Source: Macrostomum hystrix
Taxonomy: Eukaryota > Animalia > Platyhelminthes
Length of the DNA: 64,000 bases
Direction of reading: 5' to 3'
NCBI GenBank assembly: GCA_950097015.1
Contig: CATNEN010000002.1
Location: 7,874,001-7,938,000 of the forward strand
The notes below the pieces were generated by a model, which ran no database searches, had not been told where the DNA came from, and saw nothing but the letters and a program-made list of their open reading frames with translations. Below, in pieces: positions 50,970 to 61,000 of the stretch. The first letter of the stretch is position 1, and every line of letters begins with the position of its first letter. Made by a program: the position numbers and the translations under genes.

Positions 50970-51641
50970 CCGCTTTTCCCCTATAGAAAGTCCAAGGGCT
51001 GTTTCAAATGCCCACTGCCTCCTTCACGATAGCTCCCAAACCGAATGACCGATTTTCGTGAAAGTCCACCACACCTGCTTTCAATGCCGTCCGAAGTCAG
51101 CATCGTCGAGATATTCAGCGATTCTTGTCGAAGACCCTGGTGACAAGGACAGCTGACAGAGCTCTAGATAAACCTACAGGTATAGCGAATTCATATTAGT
51201 TTAATAATATGAGTCCATCTGACGTAGGGACCTTTGATCTCAGTATCCCAGCAATCAGGATTCTCTTTTTCGTCGTCTGAAAAATCGGCGGCGACCGTCG
51301 GGCCCTTCAACCAAAGCACCTGGATGCTGAGAAAAAAGGTGCCTGCGACTAACTAATTGATATAGTTTGTGGAGCCGACATGGTTCCATGATCAAATTTT
51401 GTCCGCAGAAAAGTTATGCCTGGCATCTCAAAGCGGGCATTGGTGGTTTTTGCCACCCATCACCACGACGAGAATCGTCGAATATTTCGACTATGCCGAC
51501 GACTTGTGATTCTAGAAAAAAAAATTTAATTGGATGGACCGCAAAATGTCAGCCCGTTTTTTGATTTTCACGGCGATTGGTCGAATTTTTGGGAGATGCA
51601 GAAAAATAAAATTGTAGGCATTTGAGATGGTCTCTCTACTG
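50970..51641 (+). mobile_element. Non-autonomous TIR element family C (also 57190-57395, 59439-60134, 61780-61990)
   Basis: Shared gccgtccga(c/a)gtcagcatcgtcgagatattcagcgattcttgtcgaagaccc and gatgctgagaaaaaag..cctgcgact blocks; ends in gtct(c/t)tctactg. Confidence 0.72.
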
Positions 51642-51925
51642 CAGGGGTCGGCAACCTCCGGCCCGCGGGCCAGATGCGGCCCTCGACGCTCCAAATCCGG
51701 CTCTTAGCTCCTTTCAACACCAACTCTATATCCTGTCTTATCTCACTCCTGTGTCATCTCTCCCCTGTCTCATCTCTCCTCTCATCTCTCCTGTCTCATC
51801 TCTCCCCTGTCTCATCTTTCTTCTATCTCTCGCATGTCTTCATCCTTCCACATCAACGTGTGGCCCGCTGTCGTCTTTATGATTCTCTTTTTGGCCCACA
51901 AGGTGTATAATGTTGCCGACCCCTG
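51642..51925. mobile_element. hAT-type MITE, 284 bp
   Basis: TIR caggggtcggcaac / gttgccgacccctg and a perfect 8-bp TSD ctctactg (51634-51641 and 51926-51933). Confidence 0.92.
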
Positions 51926-52284
51926 CTCTACTGTCTCGATCGAGTCACCTAGGCTTCTGATCTTGCTGAATCAGAACACAATCGCGCCCGATTGAATAGC
52001 GAAAACACAATTTGACACCAGTCAAATATGACAGGGAACAAAAGGTGGCGATGAGAAGCAGCGCATAGTCACTTCGGCAGAATGAGCACGAAAGCTATTG
52101 CGAAAACAACAATGAAGACGAAACTAAACAAGAAAGCGAAATCACGGTTGGCTAAGCTCAGACATGGCTCCTATTTTGCCTCTAAAATAGGCCTAGATGT
52201 CTGTACGGTCTACATTGATTATAACTTGAATATTGACTAGCCCGGACAGGCAATCGTGCTAATAAGATTTAAACGGATATCATC

Positions 52285-53195
52285 TGGGTTGGGTTGGTGA
52301 GGAAGGGTTGGTGAGGATGCGTTGGTGAGGATGCGTTGGTGAGGATGCGTTGGTGAGGATGCGTTGGTGAGGATGCGTTGGTGAGGATGCGTTGGTGAGG
52401 TTGGGTTGGTGAGGATGGGTTGGTGAGGATGCGTTGGTGAGGATGGGTCGGTGAGGATGGGTTGATGAGGATGGGTTGGTGAGGATGGGTTGATGAGGAT
52501 GGGTTGGTGAGGATGGGTTAGTGAGGATGGGTTGGTAAGGATGGGTTCGTGAGGATGGGTTGGTGAGGATGGGTTGATGAGGATGGTTGGTGAGGATGGG
52601 TTCGTGAGGATGGGTTGGTGAGGATGGGTTGATGAGGATGGTTGGTGAGGATGGTTTAGTGAGGATGGGTTGGTGAGGATGGGTTGGTAAGGATGGGTTC
52701 GTGAGGATGGGTTGGTGAGGATGGTTGGTGAGGATGGGTTCGTGAGGATGGGTTGGTGAGGATGGGTTGATGAGGATGGTTGGTGAGGATGGTTTAGTGA
52801 GGATGGGTTGGTGAGGATGGGTTGGTAAGGATGGGTTCGTGAGGATGGGTTGGTGAGGATGGGTTGATGAGGATGGTTGGTGAGGATGGTTTAGTGAGGA
52901 TGGGTTGGTGAGGATGGGTTGGTGAGGATGGGTTCGTGAGGATGGGTTGGTGAGGATGGGTTGATGAGGATGGTTGGTGAGGATGGGTTAGTGAGGATTG
53001 GTTGATAAGGATGGGTTGGTGAGGATGGGTTGGTGAGGATGGGTTGGTGAGGATGGGTTGGTGAGGATGGGTTGGTGAGGATGGGTTGGTGAGGATGGGT
53101 TGGTGAGGATGGGTTGGTGAGGATGGGTTGGTGAGGATGGGTTGGTAAGGATGGGTTGGTGAGGATGGGTTGGTGAGGATGGGTTGGTGAGGATG
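52285..53195. repeat. 14-bp G-rich satellite (gggttggtgaggat), about 65 copies
   Basis: Direct inspection. Confidence 0.95.
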
Positions 53196-53507
53196 GCTTC
53201 TTCGGAAAAAGCAGGCGTTATAATCTTGTTGGATTTCCTTGTATCGAGGCTTCAGCAGCAATCAGACCGATTTAGTTAAAATAGAGGAATTCTTGTGTGC
53301 TTGTCTGCTCGGAGCACACCCTATTGGTGGTAGGTGAGGCTGCATTATGAATAAAATACAAGCACTCATTATATATCGACTCTTTAATAGTGGAGGCAAT
53401 AGCAACGCAGAAAGTTAGTGACGATTTTGAGTGTAAAAAATACTTTGAGCATTTCAACAAGAAAAAAATATTTTTTAATCTTCACAACAAAACCTGCTTT
53501 TTCACTA

Positions 53508-54830
53508 ATGCAATTTATAGCAGGTGAGTTACACGACTCAGTCTCTGAATTGTATAAATGCACCCCATGAAAAACTAGCGTCTAGCCCGTGTTTAGGACC
53601 AACTGACTTGACTTGAGTTTGCTGCAAGGGCATCTTTCAGACGAAGCAGGGAGGCGTTGCCGACCATCCCGCTAGCCCCTGGCGACCACGGGCAACTAAA
53701 GCTGCGCGGGTGTCGCGCAGGAGGATTCAGTGGTGCCGGCTTCCATGGCGCGGTACTCCTCCGGAGAATCCAGGAGGTGGAGAGTCGATCGCCCGGTGGC
53801 CCTTAGTTAACGGACGAGCTGGCAGATATTCTCAGGCCTGACTTGAGCGTGATTCTCTGAAAATGTTGGAGAGGTCCGGGTTTGGTCGGAGGTTGGTGGG
53901 CCTGTCCTGAATGAAAGGTGGGGCAGTCGCAAATGAAATGCTCCGCATTCGCTACATGGGAGGGGCAGAAAGGGCACTCACCCCTGAGTATTTTGTTTGG
54001 AGGTAGCGATGCCAAGCGAAACAACCATGGCCAGAGAGGGCCATGGTGACTGCCCTGGTGTCGCTGGTGTTGAGTCCAAGCAGGGCTTTGCGGAGGGCAG
54101 TGGACGGCATGGAACAGCAGCGCGAGACTGCCGACAATCGGCGTTGTTGATCCACCTGTCCTTGTGCTTCGATGCGACCCACTGGTTAATCCGAGAGGTG
54201 ACGTCGGCGGTAGGGGTGAAGACCGCAGGTAGGGGGCCAAAAAGCGATCTTGTCAAACCGGCCTTGGCAAGGCTCTAGCCGAGTTTAGGACCAACTCAAC
54301 AAACAAATTTCAGGCCTCGCGCTGCTGCTGAGCCTCGCCCGGTTGGCCCGCTGTGCCAGCGAGACCGAGTGGTTCAGATTGCAGACGCCAATGTGCCTGC
54401 CCGACAACATGGCTCTGCAGACACCCCGGCTAGTGTCGGGCAAGCTCGTGTGCATCGGCATTGCGAGCACAATGAGCGGTCTGTTAATGGTCCAGTTCGA
54501 CTCGGACACTCGCCAGTGCTCGCTGTTCAAGTTCACTGAAGTGTGCCATCTTATCACGGGACAAGCCAGCAGTGCCAGCAGCTGCGCTGCATTCGTCGAT
54601 GCCCGAGTGACGAGTGATGATGAGGAAGCCAGACAGAGCAGATCCGTGTGCGGCGAGGTACAGCAGTTGAATCTGGATTCAGGCAGCGCCGATCTCATGG
54701 AAGGACTCACTCCATGAGAGAATGAGTGAGCCAGCAGCGATGGAGCCAGGTTTCGATGGGAACTTCTCAAAGATGTGGCTTGACAATTCGATGAGTATAT
54801 CGAATATCTAAACATAAGCACGAGTCTATT
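53508..54830 (+). pseudogene. PAN-like + LamG family copy 7, pseudogene with a LINE in intron 1
   Basis: Exon1 53508-53523 (ATG CAA TTT ATA GCA G|gtgagt), acceptor aatttcag 54313. Exon2 has an internal deletion (FVDARVTSDDEE), a stop at about 54717, and a frameshifted SSDGARFDGNFSKMWLDN remnant. Confidence 0.8.
53605..54282 (-). mobile_element. 5'-truncated LINE (second family) with target-site duplication
   Basis: Encodes a C-terminal CPFCPSHVANAEHFICDCPTF knuckle; exact 14-bp TSD gtttaggaccaact at 53591-53604 and 54283-54296; caagt-repeat tail. Confidence 0.85.
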
Positions 54831-55156
54831 AATGAGCTTAGATTAAGGATTCAGTGCTGTAATTCCCCACAATGAACCGACCCTGACTTCATGAGGCTGC
54901 AAGATGCGCGAATATTTCGGCAAAGTAAAGAATTTTTAAAACAAGAACTAAATTTGAGGAATCATTCACCAGAAATGTTGTCAACTGCCATCAAATCTCT
55001 CGTTTTCGGTGTAAATTTATTAGATTTGTTATTAATTAATCAGTACTACATTCATGGAGGACATTCGTTTACACAATGTACGTCACCTTAGTTCACTGAT
55101 CTGAGCGACACATTCGTAAGAAACTTTTCCTTGCGAATTCTAAATTTTCAAGCCAT

Positions 55157-55650
55157 TTAGTTTTGACAAACTAAATGGCTCGTGAACTCCACTGACTCCG
55201 ACTGCCACTGCTGCGTCTCGCCGCACACCAAGTTGCTCCTGCTGGCTTCCTCATCGTCACTCATCACCCACGCTGCACGCAGCTTCGAGCCCACACTGCT
55301 CATCAGCTTCCTGCTCAGCGTCATGAATTTGACGGATCTGGCATTGGCGGATGCAGCACTGCTGTATAGTGCGTTGATCCCATTGCTGGCTTGTCCATTG
55401 ATGAGGTGGCACACGACAATGTACTTGAATAGCGAGCACTGGCGAGTGTCCGAGTCGAACTGGGCCACCAACAGACCGCTAATTCGATCAGCCGCCAACA
55501 CGCTGTCGGGTGCTGAACTTGACGATCCTGTTCTTAGCGCCAGAGAGTCGCTTAGGCACCGCTGGGTCTCCAGTCTGCGCCACTCCGAGGGGCAGCCGCA
55601 GCTGGCCAGCTGAGCGACACAGGCGAATGTCAACAAGCTGCCACTGCATT
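55157..55650 (-). CDS. PAN-like family copy 8, truncated: constant region only, no LamG core
   Basis: Diverged signal/N-terminus, near-identical cassette from SGLLVAQ to ESVEFTS, then HLVCQN*. First exon uncertain (candidate ATG GCT GCA GAT AAA GC near 55777, phase 2). Could be a pseudogene. Confidence 0.55.
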
Positions 55651-56614
55651 GATGAAGTGCTATAAGTTTGCCCGGTGAATTGAGGTAAGCATCAGGACAG
55701 GTAACATGAAGGCAGGTAGAAATCCACTATTTTTCTGGGATCTATATCAGTTGAGCTGACGCTTTATCTGCAGCCATCGTTGCAGCTCTGTGTCAGCTTC
55801 AAGTGTCGACAGAATTCTTTCAATTGTGTTGTCTGTGTGAACTCAAACACTTGGTTTGCCTTTCGCTCTTGTTTATTGTCAGCTTTTATCAATGATTGAT
55901 TTTTAAACTGAGCTTTGCTAGCCTGCAAATAATTGGCAGGTGGAAGGTGACGATTAGCCGTTGCACATACCAAAGATCTATTTTCTAGACGCTTTCCTTG
56001 CTTCGACTCAATGAAGTGTTACAAATCAACTTTGTCTGAAAGGTTTCAGATAGATAATACTCGCCTGGCACTGGATGAATCCCAATTCTGCATTCCATAT
56101 TTGCTTAAGCGATATGCCTGACATCTGCCTAAGCATATTCTTTAGCGAAATAAGGGAATAAAATGCCTGCATGCCTACTGAAGCGAGAGCAGTGGCTAGC
56201 GAACATGCAACACTCTTATATCTTACCAAACTTTCATAGATCTACCTCGACTAAGGCTGGCTCCTGCTGGAAATCACTGTTTATGGTGGAACTGAATTAC
56301 CGGACGGCAGGCCAAGTATCGCTGGTTACTAAATGTGCTGCTGCCCGGCCTAAAGTCTAGCTTGAGCAGCCTGCGCAAGTCTCTCGCAGGAGCGTCCCAT
56401 TGTCTAACCAATTTATGATACCTGAAGCAGTGTCAGATGAATGAGTGAAAATTGCCTCTCGCTGGTTGCGGGTCGACTGCCATCAAATGAGGTGAAAGAT
56501 TATTATTAACATTGCTTGTAGTTTATTCCATCAAAAAGCCTTCCATCTCAGCGTCCCAGTTTCGAATAAATAAAACAGTCCCCACAACCCAGATCCGTAG
56601 AGAACGATAATAAT

Positions 56615-56990
56615 AGCAATAATAATAATAATAATAATTGCAGGAGGGCTGCGGGCAGTGGCACATCATTAAGTGACACTAGAGCCCCAGCCAGCGAGGA
56701 GGCAATTCTGCCCATTTCGCAGACTCCTGAGCACACACGCACACAGATACTGTACGCTGGCATACGCTCATACAGAAGTGTATATCTGCCCTGACTTTCT
56801 CATCGTCAGTCAGTGTACACTTCACTGTGCCTTGGAGTTTGGCCCTCAAGGGCGTAAATTGCACGACAAGCCCCCAAGCCTTCTCTCTGCGGCTGTGCCC
56901 CAAATAAATGTGGCCTCGCCGTGGAATCGAACTTAGGGACCGTGGTGCGAGAGGCAAACGCGTTAACCGCTCTGCCACCGACCCCCCTAG
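56615..56990 (-). mobile_element. SINE family A
   Basis: Reverse complement of head and body, with an (aat)n tail on the left. Confidence 0.85.
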
Positions 56991-58026
56991 AGAACGAACC
57001 TTTTAATCCGAGCTGCATGTGCTTTTATATCGAGGTAGGAAAACTGTTTTGAAAATGAAGTGTCTAAATAGGCTGTTGCAACATCGGAAGTGATACTCAT
57101 ACTTATTAATTTTTTTAATTCTTGGCAATGCTCATTGAGACCAATTAACGTCGGCTTGTCAGATTAAAAAGATGAAACCCGTCTCATAAACAGAGAAAGA
57201 ACACTCTATATTTCCCCCCGGGGGAAGACGGCCGGGATATTTCAAATGCCAACTTTCCATCCTAAACGCTGAACTAGCTTTCACAGCCGTCCGACGTCAG
57301 CATCGTCGAGATATTCAGCGATTCTCGTCGAAGACCCGACGAATTTCGAAGATATTCGTCGAGTGCTAGAAATACCCTGATAGTCTTTCTACTGTTAAAA
57401 AAGCTATTGTTATTCTTGAGAGCCTGTGGCTCAACCTGGCGAAACTTCTACAAACCCAGATCGCCAGCTCTAGGCTTGCTTTTGGTCCCTTTTGGTTTCT
57501 GGTGCAGATGGAGACAAAAGTTACCCGAAGCTTAGAATATCATAAAGGCCACTGACAAAGCTGAATGTTTACCTCAACCAGCTCAGCCGAAGTATGGAGT
57601 GGAGCGGAGCTGAGCTGAACTGGTGAAACAGGCCGAAGCTCATCGAGGGTACCGAGGGTATTACCAGTGAAGTAAAAGACAGCTGAAATTTGCAGCTGCA
57701 GCTGAAATCGCTATCACCCTTAGCTCTTTTCTTCTAAGTCTTTTTACTGGGACTTCGACATGTGCAGCTCTCATTGTTCATCAGCAGGGCGAAATATCCT
57801 ATTACCTTCTTGAAATCCCTCTCTGTTTGACAATTTTCTCTTTCATACTTCTCAGCGTCTTACCTTCTTTGAAGCTGATGATGCGGTTTCGATTGGACCG
57901 CAGGGAGGACAAACCCGTCTCATTGTGGTCCCACTATTTCCTAACATAAAGACAAGCGGGGAGGAAGAGCAACGGCAAAACTCTCCCAAATAATTTCACA
58001 TCCAAGTTCTCAAGCATCAAGCTGTC

Positions 58027-61000
58027 ATGTCGGTTGTAGGTGGAGACGAGTCGCACAAGACCGCAGACCGCGGTGACGCCGACGAGGACGCTTCTCGTGC
58101 GCCGCCTGGCCCTTCCGCGGCCCTTCTGACGCTGTTGGCCCTTTTGGAATCTCCGGGTCGGATTGCCGATCTGCGGGCCGCGCTGCAGGAGGCCTCAGCA
58201 GCTGCGGCTGCGGCCGCCGAGGCTGCTGACCTTTTGCTGGTGGCTGACCTCGAAGAATTGGCAGCGGGCGAGTCAGACGCAGATGAGGCGCAGCCTGGAC
58301 TGACAGGACCGCTAGCAAGTCCGCTGCTGGAGACTTGGACATTTGAGTCGCAACTGATTCAGGTGAGTCAGCGGGTCTGCTCAGCCTTCGCTGTGCCTTG
58401 GGGGTTGGCCTTCGTGAGCGTCAATCGCACAAAAATATTCAAACTCAGCGACTTTAGCTTATTGTCGGACGGATTAAATCTCCGCAGATTCCTAGTCGAG
58501 TCTCCATCGCAGGCTGCTCACTTCTACACGCCGCTGTAGCAATGGACAATCACTTGGCTGTGCGGGCAATTGTGGAGTCCTGGGGCGACTCCGGCACTGC
58601 TCCCGTGACCGCGGTGAGAATTGCAATAATCGTTGGTTTTGACACCTTCACGGTGGTATGTATGGCCATCCTACATAGCTTCACGCATTTCACTATGGGG
58701 ACTAACGATGGTGTCCTAAAATAGCTTGAATAGTGACTCACTGTTAGTTTGATTTTTCCTACTACTTCTCAAAAGTAACTTCCATTTTCACCTCATGCTC
58801 CGGGCGGCAACCAGTTGGCATTCAAAAGTTATTTTGCACCATGGCTAAATTTGAGAAAAATTTCTCAATCTTTTGAATTTAGCTCCCTGGAAATTGATGC
58901 TAACAGATCTAAGGCTGAAAGATGAAAAAAACTCCTTTGATGTTTTCGCCTCCGGGCTTGATTTTGAGCAGTCATTTGAGAACTCAACCAGCAGCCTTTT
59001 GCCTCCTGCACGGCCATCAGGACGGAGAGACTCCGCTGCACCTGGCCTGTAGCCTGGGAAACCCATTCCTGGTGCGCCTGCTGGCTCAGTGGCAGCCAGG
59101 CCAGACCTCTGTGCGCGATCGCCATGGCAACTCGCCCTGTCACCTGACAGCTGCCTCCGGCGCAGCCTGCGTAGCTCAACTGTGCAGCGTGGACGGGCTG
59201 AACTGGGCCCAGCACAACCTGGTACTGCGTGGGACGAGTATTTGACTGTGTTGTCCTTAGTTACCGAAGATAGGAGCAGGTGGTTATCAAATTTTCGCGG
59301 GATATTCTGTGACATAGGATCTGTCTGCGCGTGCTGAGAATCGTTTTCACGCGCAGCCTGAAAGATGAGCTGCTCTGCGAAATCTTCAGACTATTGACGA
59401 AAGAAGATTCGGCTGAACATCGTAGTCAAAGGTGTTAGCAGTAGAAAGACGTTATTTTTCCGCCTGGGGAAGGACTATGGGGCTGTTTCAAATACCCACT
59501 GCCTGCTTCATGACAGCTACCAAACCGAATGACCGACTTTCTAGAAAGCCCACCAAATGAATCAAAATTTTCCGCCCTTTACGATTAACTAACTTTCGAA
59601 GCCGTCCGACGTCAGCATCGTTGAGATATTCAGCGATTCTTGTCGAAGACCCCGTCGACAAGGACAACTAACATTGCTCCGTAAAAAAGTCCGGAAGGTC
59701 ACCTGTATGTCTTCAGGTCAGCCTAGAGGGGGAAGAGGGTTGCAGAAGAGGGTTCTTCAATTTCAGCTTTGGAAACGTAGACGTCTTTGAGATACCGATC
59801 AGGTGCTTTAGTGGAAGGTCCCGACGGTCGCCGCCGTCGGATGCTCCAGACGGTGATGAATGGGACCCTGGTGACTGGGATGCTGAGAAAAAAGTCCCTG
59901 CGACTGCGCAAATTAAGTGCGAGTAATGCACTATATTGGTGCTTTCTTGCCACCAGACACCCCGACGGGAATCGTTGAAAACCTGAATGATGGCGATGTT
60001 TTGTGATTCTGAAGGTTATGTCATACGGTAGAGCCGCCCGTGTTATGCATTTCTATGGCGATTGTTTAAATATTTTAGGAGAAATTGAAAAAAGAAAAGG
60101 TATTTGAAATACCACGTGTATAGTCTTTCTACTGTTGAGGAGTTTTAAATCTGATACTCAATTCAGAGTTTAGGACTCTGAAACGTTCCGCTTCCCCAAC
60201 GTTCTCAACCGAGCTCAGAAATCGATACCAGCATTAACTGCATGGGGAAAATTGGTTATACGTGCCTTCCCACTCCATAGACTGAACATTCGTCGCAATA
60301 TCTGGGTTAGATTACATTCTTTTACTATCTGTGTGAAACATTTCAACGAGTTTCACAGCTTAGAAAAATCTTCTTTAAGGACGACAAGACACCTGCGGAA
60401 CTGGCTGAGCTGACAAGCGTGAATCTCATTGCTCAGTACCAGAGGGTGAGAAGTGCTCAATTTCGTTAAAAATCCTTCAAACATCAGCGTGACATTGAGC
60501 TCAATTCCTGACCCCTCCAGGCCAGCAGTCTGTTCTACAGGCACAGGCGTCTAGAGATCAACGAGTGCTGCGGATTCGTTGAGCAGTGAGTCAAGTGACT
60601 CACATGAAGAGTTAAGATTTTTTAGGAGCTGCGCAGCCGCAAACACGTCCAACTCCCGCGGCGAAAATCCCTGAGCTCGAATCCGCGATGAGAAAGTCAG
60701 GGCAGATTATGTACACACCTGTGTTAGCGTGTGCCTGCGTACAGTATCTGTGTGCTTGTGTGCTTAGCAGTCAAGCGAAATGGGCAGAATTGCCCCCTCG
60801 CTGGCTGGGGCTCTAGTGTCACCAGATGATGTGCCATTGCCTGCAGCCCTCCTGCAATTATTACTATGATTATTAAAAAAAGTCTCAAGAGGCAAAGTTG
60901 CCATTTCGCTGACTCCTGAGCACACAAGCACAGAGATACCGTACGCAGGCATACACTCAAATTGATGTGTACATCCGAACTGACGAATGTCTTCAGGCAG

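Noticed and set aside
23336-53261. Periodic ORFs at 23336-23771, 28896-29342, 39686-40198, 45985-46236, 50327-50746, 52794-53261
   Set aside because: Translations of tandem repeats with no splice or start support.
59318-59432. Open stretch LKDELLCEIFRLLTKED as a possible extra exon
   Set aside because: Needs a phase-2 donor upstream that I could not find; not needed for the exon chain.
59717-59980. Candidate TRPM exon (acceptor at 59716)
   Set aside because: Lies inside the family C TIR element (homologous to 51280-51500); the exon chain is phase-consistent without it.
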